A program made the translations under genes and the position numbers. From Gammaproteobacteria bacterium (lineage in GTDB: Bacteria; Pseudomonadota; Gammaproteobacteria; Steroidobacterales; Steroidobacteraceae), in contig JAHFSF010000001.1 of NCBI GenBank assembly GCA_023265875.1, positions 1-47,542 on the forward strand: a DNA stretch of 47,542 nt, written 5' to 3'. Every line of letters begins with the position of its first letter. Position 1 is the first letter of the stretch. Of this stretch, positions 8,888 through 21,330 are shown one piece after another. The notes under the pieces were generated by a model that did no database searches, was not told the origin of the DNA, and saw nothing but the letters and a program-made list of their open reading frames with translations.

Positions 8888-9538
8888 ATGCGGGCCCACC
8901 AGAAGGAATTCATCGAGCTGATACTGGCGCGCGAGGTCCTGCGCTTCGGGCAGTTCACGCTGAAATCCGGCCGCGTGAGCCCGTATTTTTTCAATGCCGG
9001 GCTCATCAATGACGGTGGCGCCCTTGGCAAACTCGGCGACTGCTATGCGCAGGCGATCATCGAATCAGGCACCAGGTTCGACATGCTGTTCGGACCCGCC
9101 TACAAGGGCATCCCGCTCGCGACCGCGACCGCAATCGCCCTCGCCGCCCGTCACGGCCGCGACGTACCGGTGGCGTTCAACCGCAAGGAGGCCAAGGCCC
9201 ACGGCGAGGGCGGCAGGCTGATCGGCGCACCGCTTACCGGGCGCGTGCTGATCGTCGACGACGTCATCACCGCCGGCACGGCAATCCGCGAGTCAATCGA
9301 CATCATCCGCAATGCCGGTGCGAGCCCGGCGGGGGTTGCATTGGCGCTCGACCGCCAGGAACGCGGCCAGGGTCCCTTGTCGGCGGTCCAGGAGGTTCAG
9401 ACGGCGTTCAGCATTCCGGTGATAAAAATCATCACGCTCGCCGACCTGATCGAGCACCTGGAAACCGCCGGCCGCCCGGAAGAACTGGCAAGTCTGCGGA
9501 ACTACCGGTCCAGTTACGGTGTCGACGGCGAAGCGTGA
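8888..9538 (+). CDS. pyrE: orotate phosphoribosyltransferase
   Basis: [20 protein letters not shown] and PRPP-binding [16 protein letters not shown] 8888 sits after GAGGAAGGG. Confidence 0.9.
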   Translation: MRAHQKEFIELILAREVLRFGQFTLKSGRVSPYFFNAGLINDGGALGKLGDCYAQAIIESGTRFDMLFGPAYKGIPLATATAIALAARHGRDVPVAFNRKEAKAHGEGGRLIGAPLTGRVLIVDDVITAGTAIRESIDIIRNAGASPAGVALALDRQERGQGPLSAVQEVQTAFSIPVIKIITLADLIEHLETAGRPEELASLRNYRSSYGVDGEA

Positions 9539-9596
9539 CACGAGTCAGGTTTGACCGGTTGGATACGGGCAGAATATGTCGCGAGAGGTGCCACGG

Positions 9597-10241
9597 ATGA
9601 AAGCCTGGACATTGAAGATCCTGTTGCCGGCCCTGGTGCTGGCGCTGCTGGCCGGCGCCGCCGATGCGCAGTCGGGCACCAAGAAACTGTATCGCTGGGT
9701 CGACAAGAGTGGCCAGGTCCACTATGGCGACAGCATTCCGCCGGAGTACGCCGACCAGGATCGCGAAGTGCTGAACCGCGAGGGCGTTGCCGTGGGCAGC
9801 GAGCAGGGCACGTTGACCGCCGAAGAAGCACGCGCCAGGGCCGAAGCGGACAAGGCTGCGAAAGAGGCGCAGAAACAGAAGCTGCGCGATCGCGTGCTGT
9901 TGCAGACCTACCAGTCGGTCGAAGAGATCGAGGTGTTGCGTGACCGCCGCCTCGAGCTGGTCGATTCGCAGCTCATGATCCAGGAACAGTCGCTTGCGAC
10001 CCTGCGCGCCAAGCAGGTGCAGCACATGAAACAGGCGACGCGCTACCAGCCGATCAACAAGGACCCCAAGGCCCAGCCGCTGCCGGAGGAACTGTCACTC
10101 GACCTCCACCGCTCGGCCTCCGACATCGAGACCCAGCAGAAGAATCTGGACAAGAAGAAGCAGGAACGCGAGACGATCCGCTCGACCTTCGAGGCGGATA
10201 TCAAGCGATTCAGGGAACTGAAGGCCGTCGCCCCGCACTAG
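9597..10241 (+). CDS. DUF4124 domain-containing periplasmic protein
   Basis: Signal peptide [24 protein letters not shown], then [21 protein letters not shown] (DUF4124 signature) and a coiled-coil tail. Confidence 0.7.
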   Translation: MKAWTLKILLPALVLALLAGAADAQSGTKKLYRWVDKSGQVHYGDSIPPEYADQDREVLNREGVAVGSEQGTLTAEEARARAEADKAAKEAQKQKLRDRVLLQTYQSVEEIEVLRDRRLELVDSQLMIQEQSLATLRAKQVQHMKQATRYQPINKDPKAQPLPEELSLDLHRSASDIETQQKNLDKKKQERETIRSTFEADIKRFRELKAVAPH

Positions 10242-10699
10242 CGCCCGGAGCTGCCGAACCCGCCCGCGCCTCGCGTCGTGGTCTCGAACTCGGCGACGAC
10301 CTCGAGTTCGACCTGCACCACCGGTACGATGACCATCTGCGCGATCCGCTCGCCCGGTCCGATCGTGAACGGGTGATCGCCGCGGTTCCAGACCGAGACC
10401 ATGATCTGCCCCTGGTAATCGGAGTCGACCAGCCCGACCAGGTTGCCGAGCACGATGCCATGCTTGTGGCCGAGGCCCGATCGCGGCAACAGCACGGCGG
10501 CAAGTCCCGGGTCTTCCAGGTGAATTGCGAAACCCGTCGGCACCAGCTGGGCCTGGCCGGGTTCAAGCACGAGCGGCGCATCGAGGCAGGCCCTCAGGTC
10601 GAGCCCGGCCGAGCCGTCCGTCGCATAGCGGGGCAGCGGGATCTCCCGACCGACGCGTGGATCGAGGACGCGGAGCAGGAGCCGCCGGGCTGCTGCCAT
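10238..10699 (-). CDS. dut: dUTP diphosphatase
   Basis: [37 protein letters not shown] and FGSSGR motifs. Confidence 0.9.
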   Translation of the reverse strand: MAAARRLLLRVLDPRVGREIPLPRYATDGSAGLDLRACLDAPLVLEPGQAQLVPTGFAIHLEDPGLAAVLLPRSGLGHKHGIVLGNLVGLVDSDYQGQIMVSVWNRGDHPFTIGPGERIAQMVIVPVVQVELEVVAEFETTTRGAGGFGSSGR

Positions 10700-10707
10700 G
10701 CCCGCGA

Positions 10708-11943
10708 TCAGCCGGGAACCGCGGCGGTACGACCTGCGCGCCCGGTCGCACGGCGGACCCTGGCGATGACTGCGACCAGGCGGCGCGCGAGCTCGAACTT
10801 GCCGCAGGTGGGGATCTCCTCGCGACCGCCGTCCCAGAGGACGATCAGCGAATTTTCGTCACGGTCGAATGCAAGATCGTCGCCGACGCGATTCGCGGCG
10901 ATCATGTCCGCGCCCTTCCGGGCGAGCTTGGCGCGCGCGTTTTCCTCGACATTTTCGGTCTCCGCGGCGAACCCGACGACGAATGGCCTGCCGCTCGCAA
11001 GCCCTGCGACCGAAGCGAGGATGTCCGGCGCCCGGGTCAGTTCGAGTTTCAGCCGCTCGGATGTCTTCTTGATCTTCTGCACCGCGGCCGGCGGCGCCTG
11101 ATAATCGGCGACCGCCGCAGCGCCGATGTAGATGTCGGCGCCCGGCAGCGCCGCGTGCACGGCATCGCGCATCTGCCGTGCGCTTTCCACCGCGACGAAT
11201 TCGACACCCGTCGGCGGATCGATTTCGGCCGGCCCGCTGACCAGCACCACGCTTGCCCCGGCATCGCGGGCAGCCTGGGCAATGGCATATCCCATCTTTC
11301 CGGAGCTGCGATTGCTGATGTACCGGACCGGGTCGAGGCGTTCCCGGGTCGGGCCCGCGCTGACGACAACCTTCAGTCCCTGCAATACCCGATCGGCGCC
11401 GAGCTGCGACATCAGCAACTCGGCAAGCTGTCCCGGCTCGAGCATGCGGCCGGCGCCGATCTCACCGCAGGCCTGGCTGCCCTCGTCCGGCCCGAGGACC
11501 CCGATGCCACGCTGCTTCAGCAACGCGACATTCGCGACGGTCGCCGGATTCGCCCACATCTGCCGGTTCATCGCAGGAGCGACAGTGAGCGGCGCCGTCG
11601 TCGCCAGGCAAAGCGTCGTCAGCAGGTCGTCGGCGCGTCCATGCGCCAGACGGGCGAGGAAATCCGCGGTTGCGGGCGCGACCAGCACTGCATCCGCCCA
11701 GCGGGCAAGCTCGATGTGCCCCATGGCCGCCTCGGCAGCCTCGTCCCACAGTTCCTGCCGCACCGGCCGGCCCGATACCGCCTGCAGGCTGAGCGCCGTG
11801 ATGAAGCGGCTGGCGCCCGCGGTCATGACGACCTGGACTTCGGCTCCGCGTTCCCGCAGGCGCCTGACGAGGTCCGGACTCTTGTAGGCGGCAATCCCCC
11901 CGGTCACACCGAGCAGGACCCGCAAGGAACGTGGGGTCTCCAT
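10708..11943 (-). CDS. coaBC: bifunctional phosphopantothenoylcysteine decarboxylase / phosphopantothenate-cysteine ligase
   Basis: [12 protein letters not shown] flavoprotein N-domain and [14 protein letters not shown] ligase domain. Trimmed to ATG 11943 (GAGGA SD). Confidence 0.9.
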   Translation of the reverse strand: METPRSLRVLLGVTGGIAAYKSPDLVRRLRERGAEVQVVMTAGASRFITALSLQAVSGRPVRQELWDEAAEAAMGHIELARWADAVLVAPATADFLARLAHGRADDLLTTLCLATTAPLTVAPAMNRQMWANPATVANVALLKQRGIGVLGPDEGSQACGEIGAGRMLEPGQLAELLMSQLGADRVLQGLKVVVSAGPTRERLDPVRYISNRSSGKMGYAIAQAARDAGASVVLVSGPAEIDPPTGVEFVAVESARQMRDAVHAALPGADIYIGAAAVADYQAPPAAVQKIKKTSERLKLELTRAPDILASVAGLASGRPFVVGFAAETENVEENARAKLARKGADMIAANRVGDDLAFDRDENSLIVLWDGGREEIPTCGKFELARRLVAVIARVRRATGRAGRTAAVPG

Positions 11944-12078
11944 GGCTTGATTATCCTCAGGGTCCGGCACCGATGCCAACGCGATCGGCTTCCGGGACCT
12001 CCCTTACTGCCAGAACCGGCGTCATTTTCGACCTGCGGCGAGCCAGGGCTCCGCCGAGACTGCTGGCGGGAGGTTCGC

Positions 12079-12753
12079 ATGCACATCAGGGACTGGCCGC
12101 TGTCCGAAAGGCCGCGCGAGAAGCTGCTGCAGATGGGTTCCGGCGCGCTGACGGAGGCGGAACTGCTCGCGATCTGGCTGCGCCACGGCACCCGCGGCAT
12201 GAATGCCCTCGAAGTCGCCCGGTCGCTGCTCACGCGCTTCGGCTCGCTGCGTAGCGTGCTGACGGCCGAGCGTCATGCACTCTGCGGCGAGCGTGGGGTC
12301 GGCCCGGCCCGCTGGGCCGAACTGCAGGCGGCGCTCGAAATCGTGCGCCGCCACCACCTGGAACGCCTGCAATGCGGGCCCGTACTGCAGAGCCCGCGGG
12401 CGGCCCGCGACTACCTGGTCGCCCGGCTGCGCGACCGCCAGCACGAGGTCTTCTGCTGCCTGTTCCTCGACAGCCGCCACCGCCTGATCAGCTGCGAGGA
12501 GCTCTTCCGCGGCACCGTGGACGGCGCCAGCGTCCACCCGCGGGAGGTGGTCAAGCAGGCGCTGGCCCGCAATGCGACCGCACTGATCCTTGCCCACAAC
12601 CATCCCTCCGGAGTCGCAGAGCCAAGCCAGGCCGATGAGGTCATCACGACCCGCCTGCGGGATGCCCTTGCGCTGGTCGAGATCCGCCTGCTCGATCACC
12701 TGATCGTCGGCGACGGGAGCTGCACTTCGCTGGCCGAGAAGGGATTGATCTGA
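12079..12753 (+). CDS. radC: RadC-family JAB-domain protein
   Basis: ERPREKLL...[17 protein letters not shown] and the JAB motif [18 protein letters not shown] 12079 follows GGGAGG. The rest of ORF 10525..12753 is an antisense read-through of coaBC. Confidence 0.85.
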   Translation: MHIRDWPLSERPREKLLQMGSGALTEAELLAIWLRHGTRGMNALEVARSLLTRFGSLRSVLTAERHALCGERGVGPARWAELQAALEIVRRHHLERLQCGPVLQSPRAARDYLVARLRDRQHEVFCCLFLDSRHRLISCEELFRGTVDGASVHPREVVKQALARNATALILAHNHPSGVAEPSQADEVITTRLRDALALVEIRLLDHLIVGDGSCTSLAEKGLI

Positions 12754-12813
12754 AAGGGAAATCAGGCGAGGCCAGGCGCGCGCGCCGGCACCGCCAGTCG
12801 CCCCGTCGCGGGC

Positions 12814-12842
12814 TTGCCATCGGGGGTGCCGGCTGGTCTAAT
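12814..12842 (+). promoter_or_regulatory. candidate sigma70 promoter TTGCCA-N17-TCTAAT upstream of rpmB-rpmG
   Basis: TTGCCA at 12814-12819 and TCTAAT at 12837-12842, about 43 nt upstream of the rpmB ATG. Sequence match only. Confidence 0.4.
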
Positions 12843-12884
12843 ACGCCGCTCATTTTTCGACCGCGCTGCGTTCTGGAGTGGATC

Positions 12885-13121
12885 ATGTCCCGAGTCTGCC
12901 AGGTGACCGGCAAGCGACCCTCGACCGGCAACAAGGTCTCCCACTCCAACATCAAGAAGCGGCGCAGGTTCCTGCCGAACCTGCATACCCAGCGCTTCTG
13001 GGTCGAGAGCGAGGGCCGCTGGGTGACGCTCCGGCTGTCAACCCGTGGCCTGCGGACCATCGAGAAGAAGGGCCTCGACGCCGTGCTCGCCGAACTGCGT
13101 GCCGCCGGCACCAAGGTCTGA
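12885..13121 (+). CDS. rpmB: 50S ribosomal protein L28
   Basis: [33 protein letters not shown] is the canonical L28 sequence. Confidence 0.95.
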   Translation: MSRVCQVTGKRPSTGNKVSHSNIKKRRRFLPNLHTQRFWVESEGRWVTLRLSTRGLRTIEKKGLDAVLAELRAAGTKV

Positions 13122-13131
13122 GGAAACCCAC

Positions 13132-13287
13132 ATGCGCGACAAGATCAAGCTCGTTTCCACGGCCGGGACCGGCCATTTCTACACGACCACGAAGAACAAG
13201 CGCCTGCATCCCGAGAAGATGGAGCTCAGCAAGTACGACCCGGTCGTCCGCAAGCACGTGACCTACAAAGAGTCCAAGATCAAGTAG
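13132..13287 (+). CDS. rpmG: 50S ribosomal protein L33
   Basis: [24 protein letters not shown]...[18 protein letters not shown]. Trimmed from ORF 13045..13287. Confidence 0.95.
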   Translation: MRDKIKLVSTAGTGHFYTTTKNKRLHPEKMELSKYDPVVRKHVTYKESKIK

Positions 13288-13388
13288 GTTTCCCGGGGTC
13301 GCTTGCATGGCCCCGCTAGGCTAAACTCCTCCCAAAATACCGCAGCCGGATACCCCGGCTCGCGCCGCTACGCATGGGAGTCCAGGAA

Positions 13389-15641
13389 ATGCTCAACGCA
13401 AAGAATGGCGGCCTGCACCTGCACGCACGCCGGAGTCTCGCTGCCGCCATCGCCATGGCATTGCCGCTGCCCGCCGCGCTGGCGCAGGGCACTGGCACGG
13501 TACTCGAGCCGGTGATGGTGACGGCCGAGCGCCGCAGCGAGAACATCCAGAGCGTTCCAATTTCGGTTTCGCCCCTCCAGGGCGAGCGCCTCGACTCTCT
13601 GTTCGAGGGTGGCGCGGACATCCAGGCTCTCGCGACGCGCGTTCCGAGCCTGTACGCCGAGTCGTCCAACGGCAGGCTCGCGCCGAGGTTCTATATCCGC
13701 GGCCTCGGCAATTCAGACTTTGACCTGGCCGCGTCACAGCCGGTGTCGGTCATCATGGACGAAGTCGTGCTGGAAAATGTCATTCTCAAGAGCTTCCCGC
13801 TGTTCGACCTCGACCGGGTCGAAGTCCTGCGCGGCCCGCAGGGAACCCTGTTCGGCCGCAACACGCCCGCGGGTGTCGTCAAGTTCGACACCAGGAAGCC
13901 GAGCCAGGAATTCGGCGGCGATCTTTCCTTGAGCTATGGCGAACTCGGCTCCAAGACCATTGAAGGCGCTGTCGGCGGTGGACTGAGCGACACCGTTTCT
14001 GTGCGCGTGTCCGCGCTCTATCACGAGCGGGCGGACTGGATCAACAACACCTTCACCGGCGAGAACGACGCGATGGGAGGCTTTAATGAATATGCCTACC
14101 GTGCCCAGCTCCTGATCGAACCATCCGACAGCTTCAGCGCGCTGCTGAACATCCATGGTCGCGACATCGACGGCACGGCGTCGATCTTCCGCGCCAACGT
14201 CCTCGGCCCCGGGAGCGACGGCTTCAATTCGAATTACCATCGCGACAGTGTTTCCTACGACGAGGGCAACAACAATCCGCAGCATGCCGAGGGCACGGGC
14301 GGGTCGCTCAAGCTCGACTTCAAGGTCGGCGGCAATGCCACCCTGACGTCAGTGACGGCGTACGAGACGACCGAGAGCCGCAGCCTCGGCGACATCGACG
14401 GCGGATTCGGCGCGGACTTCCTGAGCTTCCTGCCGCCGCCGTACGTTGGACCGTGCCCGCCGGGGTGGCAGCCCGGCGATACATGCATTCCGTTCCCGTC
14501 CCAGACGCAGGACGGGATCGATGACCTGGATCAGTTCACCCAGGAATTGCGGGTTGCATCCCAGGCGAACGACCGCCTGTTCTGGCAGGCGGGCGCCTTT
14601 TATTTCGATTCCAAGTTCTCGGTGACGACCACGCCGTTCTTCGTCGCCGCGACCACCCTGACCCATGAGAATACGGCCTGGGCCGTGTTCGGCCACGTCA
14701 GCTACGACGTGACCGACGCGCTCACCGTGACCGGCGGCGCGCGTTATACGGACGACAAGAAGGATCTCACCGTCCAGGCCTCGCCGATACCCACGGGCCC
14801 GCGACACGTCTCCGACACGGATGTCAGCGGGGACCTGAGCGCCCTGTACGAGGTCAACGACCAGTTCAACGTCTATGGGCGGGTTGCGCGCGGCTTCCGT
14901 GCGCCGACCATCCAGGGTCGTGACGTCGCCTTCTTCGGCTCGCCGTCGATCGCCAAGTCCGAAACGATCACCTCGATCGAGGCGGGCTTCAAGTCGGAAC
15001 TCGCCGGTAACCGGGTGCGACTCAACGGCTCGGTCTTCTATTACGAGATCAAGGACCAGCAGCTTTCGGCCATTGGCGGCGGTGGCAATTTTGTGCGGCT
15101 GGTGAACGCCGACAAGGGCACGGGAAAGGGATTCGATCTCGACGGTGAATTCCTCGTCACCGACAATTTCCTGGTGACGCTGGGTTTGAGCTACACGGAC
15201 ACCGAGATCAAGGACAGCTCACTGGTCGTGCCGCCCTGCGGTTCGGGGCTCTGCACGGTGCTCGATCCCCTCGACAGTGGCGGCAACGCCATCATCAATG
15301 GCAACTCCTTCACCCAGGCGCCGGAATACATCGCGACCATCACGGCGCGCTATGGCGTGCCAATGGCGAACAACAGCGAGTTCTTCTTCTCGACCGACTG
15401 GGCTTTCCAGGGGAAGACCCAGTTCTTCATCTACGAGTCGGCCGAATTCTTCAGCGACCACACTTTCGAAGGGGGCGCACGCGTCGGTTACTCGCGTGAT
15501 GGCGGGAAGTGGGAAATGGCGCTGTTCGGGCGCAACATCACCGACGAGGAAAACGTCAAGGGCGGCATCGACTTCAACAACCTGACGGGATTCGACAACG
15601 AACCCCGCATCGTTGGAGTTTCGTTAAAGACCCGCTTCTGA
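13389..15641 (+). CDS. TonB-dependent outer-membrane receptor
   Basis: Signal peptide, plug region VLEPVMVTAERRSENIQSVPISVS...VEVLRGPQGTLFGRNTPAGVV, and C-terminal beta-barrel ending ...VGVSLKTRF. Confidence 0.85.
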   Translation: MLNAKNGGLHLHARRSLAAAIAMALPLPAALAQGTGTVLEPVMVTAERRSENIQSVPISVSPLQGERLDSLFEGGADIQALATRVPSLYAESSNGRLAPRFYIRGLGNSDFDLAASQPVSVIMDEVVLENVILKSFPLFDLDRVEVLRGPQGTLFGRNTPAGVVKFDTRKPSQEFGGDLSLSYGELGSKTIEGAVGGGLSDTVSVRVSALYHERADWINNTFTGENDAMGGFNEYAYRAQLLIEPSDSFSALLNIHGRDIDGTASIFRANVLGPGSDGFNSNYHRDSVSYDEGNNNPQHAEGTGGSLKLDFKVGGNATLTSVTAYETTESRSLGDIDGGFGADFLSFLPPPYVGPCPPGWQPGDTCIPFPSQTQDGIDDLDQFTQELRVASQANDRLFWQAGAFYFDSKFSVTTTPFFVAATTLTHENTAWAVFGHVSYDVTDALTVTGGARYTDDKKDLTVQASPIPTGPRHVSDTDVSGDLSALYEVNDQFNVYGRVARGFRAPTIQGRDVAFFGSPSIAKSETITSIEAGFKSELAGNRVRLNGSVFYYEIKDQQLSAIGGGGNFVRLVNADKGTGKGFDLDGEFLVTDNFLVTLGLSYTDTEIKDSSLVVPPCGSGLCTVLDPLDSGGNAIINGNSFTQAPEYIATITARYGVPMANNSEFFFSTDWAFQGKTQFFIYESAEFFSDHTFEGGARVGYSRDGGKWEMALFGRNITDEENVKGGIDFNNLTGFDNEPRIVGVSLKTRF

Positions 15642-15657
15642 GCCCGGGCCGGCACGG

Positions 15658-16473
15658 ATGCCGGAACTGCCGGAGGTCGAGACGACGCGCCGGGGCATCG
15701 AGCCCTGGCTCGTCGGCCGGCGCATCGAGCGGCTGGTCGTGCGCGATGCGCGCCTGCGCTGGCCCATTCCGCGCTCCCTGCCCGCGCGCGTGCGCGGAGC
15801 CACGATCCGCGCGGTGGGCAGGCGCGCCAAGTACCTGCTGCTCACGACCGATGCGGGCACGTTGATCCTCCATCTCGGCATGTCCGGCAGCCTGCGCATG
15901 CACGACGCGGCGGCTCCCCCGCTCGCCCACGATCATTTCGACCTTGTGCTCGACTCCGGCCGCTGCCTGCGGTTCAACGACCCGCGACGCTTCGGCTGCC
16001 TGCAGTTCACGGCCGGCGATCCGCTCCGGCACCGATTGCTGGCCGGGCTCGCGGTCGAGCCCCTGTCGGGTGAATTCACCGGCGAAGGCCTGTGGCGCCG
16101 TGCGCGGGGCCGGCGCGCTTCGATCAAGTCCTTCGTCATGGATTCCCGCGTCGTTGCGGGCGTCGGCAATATCTATGCGAACGAGGCGCTGTTCCGGGCG
16201 GGCATCCGTCCCGGGCTCGCGGCCGGCCGCGTCAGCCGCGACCGGATGAACATTCTTGTCAAGGTGATTCGCGAGGTGCTGGCCGAGGCGATCGGTGCCG
16301 GCGGCACGACGCTGCGCGATTACGTGGATCCGGCCGGCGAGCCGGGCTACTTCCGCCAGCAGCTCTTCGTCTACGAGCGCGCGGGCCAGCCCTGCCGGAA
16401 ATGCGGCGCGACGATCCGGCAATACGCGCAGGCGCAGCGCAGTACTTACTGGTGCCCGCGCTGCCAGCGCTAG
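15658..16473 (+). CDS. mutM: formamidopyrimidine-DNA glycosylase
   Basis: MPELPEVETTRRG N-terminus and C-terminal zinc finger CRKCGATI...YWCPRCQ. Confidence 0.95.
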   Translation: MPELPEVETTRRGIEPWLVGRRIERLVVRDARLRWPIPRSLPARVRGATIRAVGRRAKYLLLTTDAGTLILHLGMSGSLRMHDAAAPPLAHDHFDLVLDSGRCLRFNDPRRFGCLQFTAGDPLRHRLLAGLAVEPLSGEFTGEGLWRRARGRRASIKSFVMDSRVVAGVGNIYANEALFRAGIRPGLAAGRVSRDRMNILVKVIREVLAEAIGAGGTTLRDYVDPAGEPGYFRQQLFVYERAGQPCRKCGATIRQYAQAQRSTYWCPRCQR

Positions 16474-16481
16474 GAAATGCC

Positions 16482-17626
<1,145 letters not shown>

Positions 17627-17722
17627 GAATCTCCGCCGATCCCGTAAACTTGCACGGCGTTGACAACCGAGCGCGATGATACGCGCCCCGTTCGCGGACA
17701 ACACTTTGCCGGAGCACCAGTC

Positions 17723-17773
17723 ATGCGGATTCGCATCGTGATCCCGAATGGCACGGTGATCCAGACTCCTTGA
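17723..17773 (+). CDS. 16-codon upstream ORF ([16 protein letters not shown]) overlapping the ftsY TTG start
   Basis: ATG 17723 lies 8 nt after GGAG (17711-17714). Its TGA (17771-17773) overlaps the only available in-frame ftsY start, TTG 17770-17772, which has no SD of its own. Confidence 0.3.
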   Translation: MRIRIVIPNGTVIQTP

Positions 17774-18720
17774 ATCGCCCCGACGAAGGCACCGCGGCTG
17801 GCGGCTTCCTCGCGCGCCTGCGCGGGAAAGTCAATCGCGGCACCTCCTGGCTCGGCGAGCTGCTGTCCGGCCGCAGGATCGATGCCGAACTGCTCGAGGA
17901 ACTCGAGACCCGGCTGCTCACCGCGGACGTCGGCGTCGAAGCGACCAGGGTGATCCTGGACGAACTTCGTCGCGGCGTCGCGCGCGAGGAACTTGCGGAT
18001 GCCGGCGCGCTTGCGGGCGCATTGCGTTCCGCCCTCACCGGGATACTCGCGCCCGTCGCACAGGCGCTGATCATCGACCGGAACCGAAAGCCCTTCGTCA
18101 TCCTGGTGGTCGGCGTGAACGGCTCCGGAAAGACCACCACGATCGGCAAGCTGGCGCGGTGCCTGAAGAAGGATGGCCTGAAGGTCATGCTCGCGGCAGG
18201 CGACACGTTTCGCGCGGCGGCCGTCGAGCAACTGACGATCTGGGCCGAGCGCAACGAGGTGCCGATCATCGCGCAGGCCGCCGGGGCCGACCCGGCCGCG
18301 GTCGTGTTCGACGCAATGGAAGCGGCCAGGGCGCGCAGCATCGATGTATTGATCGCGGACACGGCTGGCCGGCTGCATACTCAGTCTCACCTGATGGACG
18401 AACTAGCGAAGATCGCCAGGGTCATGAAGCGTCTGGATCCCACGGCGCCACACGAGGTCCTGCTGGTGCTGGATGCGAGCCTTGGCCAGAACGCGATCCG
18501 CCAGGCCGAGCAGTTCCACCGGGCAGTCGGCGTCAGCGGCATCGTCGTCACCAAGCTCGACGGCACGGCGAAGGGCGGAATCGTCATCGCGATCGCGAGG
18601 CGTTTCGGCCTGCCAATCCGCTTCGTCGGCGTTGGCGAACAGCTGGCGGATTTCGGTATCTTCGACGCCGGCGCCTATGTGGATGGCCTGTTGCGGCCCG
18701 CGCCAGGGACTGCCCGGTGA
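17770..18720 (+). CDS. ftsY: signal recognition particle receptor FtsY
   Basis: [22 protein letters not shown] and [10 protein letters not shown] GTPase motifs. TTG is the only in-frame start after the upstream stop at 17777-17779. Confidence 0.85.
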   Translation: MNRPDEGTAAGGFLARLRGKVNRGTSWLGELLSGRRIDAELLEELETRLLTADVGVEATRVILDELRRGVAREELADAGALAGALRSALTGILAPVAQALIIDRNRKPFVILVVGVNGSGKTTTIGKLARCLKKDGLKVMLAAGDTFRAAAVEQLTIWAERNEVPIIAQAAGADPAAVVFDAMEAARARSIDVLIADTAGRLHTQSHLMDELAKIARVMKRLDPTAPHEVLLVLDASLGQNAIRQAEQFHRAVGVSGIVVTKLDGTAKGGIVIAIARRFGLPIRFVGVGEQLADFGIFDAGAYVDGLLRPAPGTAR

Positions 18721-19388
18721 TCCGTTTCGACCGCGTCTTCAAGCGCTATCCCAATGGCCGCGAGGCGCTCGCGGAATTATCCTTCGAACTCGCAACCGGC
18801 GAGATGAGCTTCCTGACCGGTCATTCCGGGGCCGGCAAGAGCACGGTGCTGAAGCTCATCGCCCTGCTGGAGCGGCCGACACGCGGCCAGGTCGTCATCC
18901 ACGGCTGCAACACCAGCACGCTGCGCCGGGGCGCCATTCCGGCCTTTCGGCGCCAGGTCGGGGTCGTGTTCCAGGATCACCGGCTGCTCGATGATCGCCC
19001 GGTCTACGACAATGTCGCGCTGCCGCTCGCGATTGCAGGCATGCGGCGGCGCGAGATGGACAAGCGCGTGCGGGCCGCGCTCGACCAGGTGGCCCTGCTC
19101 GGGAAGGAACGCATGTTCCCGCTGGAGCTGTCGGCCGGCGAACAACAGCGCGTCGGCATTGCACGTGCCGTCATCACGAAACCGCCGGTGCTGATCGCGG
19201 ATGAACCGACCGGAAACCTCGATCCGGACCTCGCGCTCGAGGTCATGAACCTCTTCCGGCGATTCAATTCGGTAGGCGTCACGGTCATGGTCGCGACCCA
19301 TGACGTGCACCTGCTGGACCGATTCCCCGTGCGGCGCATCCACATCGAGCAGGGCCGGCTTGCGAGCAATCCCGATGTCGCTGCCTGA
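18717..19388 (+). CDS. ftsE: cell division ABC transporter ATP-binding protein FtsE
   Basis: [14 protein letters not shown]..., Walker A GHSGAGKST, LSAGEQQR signature. GTG 18717 overlaps the ftsY stop (GTGA). Confidence 0.9.
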   Translation: MIRFDRVFKRYPNGREALAELSFELATGEMSFLTGHSGAGKSTVLKLIALLERPTRGQVVIHGCNTSTLRRGAIPAFRRQVGVVFQDHRLLDDRPVYDNVALPLAIAGMRRREMDKRVRAALDQVALLGKERMFPLELSAGEQQRVGIARAVITKPPVLIADEPTGNLDPDLALEVMNLFRRFNSVGVTVMVATHDVHLLDRFPVRRIHIEQGRLASNPDVAA

Positions 19389-20355
19389 AGAACTGAGGAC
19401 TGCACGGCCGGCCGGCCCGAGGACTTTCGGCGGCGCCGCCTCGACCTGGCTCGAGCGCCACGCGCAGACACTGGTCGGTTCGCTCGGCCGCCTGGCGCGC
19501 CAGCCGATAGCGACTGCGCTGACGATCGCGGTGATCGGGATCGCACTTGCGTTGCCGACAGCTCTTTACCTCGTCGTCGCCAACGCACGCGCCGTGACCG
19601 CGGGTCTCGGCGATACCGTACAGCTGTCCGTTTACCTGCGCCTGCCGATGACGCCCGAGGTGGCACGCAAGGTCGCGCGCGTGATCGGGGCCCGCGACGA
19701 AGTCAGCCAGGTCGTGCTGGTCAGTCCCGATGAGGGCCTGGTCGAGTTCCGGGCGCTGTCCGGCATCGGCGAAGCGCTGAATGCGCTCACCGAGAACCCC
19801 CTGCCCTGGACCGTCAAGGTCCGGCCGGCCCCCTCCCATGACTCGGCGCTGGCCGTCGAGGCGCTCGCCGCCGAATTGCGCGGGATCCCCGAGGTCGAGC
19901 TCGTCGAGGCCGACACCGCGTGGGTGCGGCGCTTGAATGCGCTCCTCGACACCCTGCGCCAGGTCGTGTTGCTGTCCGCGGCCGTGCTCGCATTCGGCGT
20001 CCTCGCCATCGTCGGCAACACGATACGGCTCGACATCAATGGCCGGCGCGCCGAGATCGAGGTCACCAAGCTGGTCGGCGGCAGCAACGCCTTCGTGCGC
20101 CGGCCCTTCCTGTATTCAGGCTTCTGGCAGGGCCTCGCCGGCGGATTGCTGGCGGTCGGACTGATCGCCGCCGGCCTCGCGGTCCTCGATGCGCCGATCG
20201 CGCGTCTGGCTGCCGCTTACGGCACGTCTTTCTCGCTCGCCGGCCTTGCAATGCGGGAATGGCTCGCGGTGGTCGGCGGCGGCGCGGGGCTGGGTCTCCT
20301 GGGCGCTTGGCTAGCGGCCGGCTATCACCTGCATCGGATCGAGCCGCGCGCCTAA
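19375..20355 (+). CDS. ftsX: cell division ABC transporter permease FtsX
   Basis: Position after ftsE, 4-TM topology, and the EIEVTKLVGGSNAFVRRPFLYSG motif. ATG 19375 overlaps the ftsE end. Confidence 0.85.
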   Translation: MSLPEELRTARPAGPRTFGGAASTWLERHAQTLVGSLGRLARQPIATALTIAVIGIALALPTALYLVVANARAVTAGLGDTVQLSVYLRLPMTPEVARKVARVIGARDEVSQVVLVSPDEGLVEFRALSGIGEALNALTENPLPWTVKVRPAPSHDSALAVEALAAELRGIPEVELVEADTAWVRRLNALLDTLRQVVLLSAAVLAFGVLAIVGNTIRLDINGRRAEIEVTKLVGGSNAFVRRPFLYSGFWQGLAGGLLAVGLIAAGLAVLDAPIARLAAAYGTSFSLAGLAMREWLAVVGGGAGLGLLGAWLAAGYHLHRIEPRA

Positions 20356-20394
20356 CGGGTTGTTTTTATTTGCTTATATTTTAGCGCCCGCGGG

Positions 20395-20422
20395 GAACCG
20401 CGGCGGCCGATTAGCACTCTAT
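20395..20422 (+). promoter_or_regulatory. candidate ECF sigmaE/AlgU-type promoter GAACCG-N17-TCTAT upstream of rpoH
   Basis: Partial match to GAACTT-N16/17-TCTGA. It lies in an unusually AT-rich spacer (TTGTTTTTATTTGCTTATATTTTAG at 20360-20384). A sigmaE-driven rpoH promoter is known in E. coli. Confidence 0.3.
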
Positions 20423-20464
20423 TGGCGCGACTGCTAGAGTATTTGGCTGGAGGTCGCAATCAAA

Positions 20465-21328
<864 letters not shown>

Positions 21329-21330
21329 GA

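Noticed and set aside
10525-12078. The 5' two-thirds of the 742-aa ORF 10525..12753.
   Set aside because: Only the last 224 codons (from ATG 12079, with SD) resemble RadC. The upstream part is antisense to dut and coaBC and has junk-like composition.
12079-12753. RadC considered as a marker of a mobile or defence locus. SRAP at 38088..38774 was considered the same way.
   Set aside because: RadC sits in the conserved dut-coaBC / radC / rpmB-rpmG core arrangement, and SRAP follows yadGH. No neighbouring toxin, antitoxin, nuclease or mobility genes are present.
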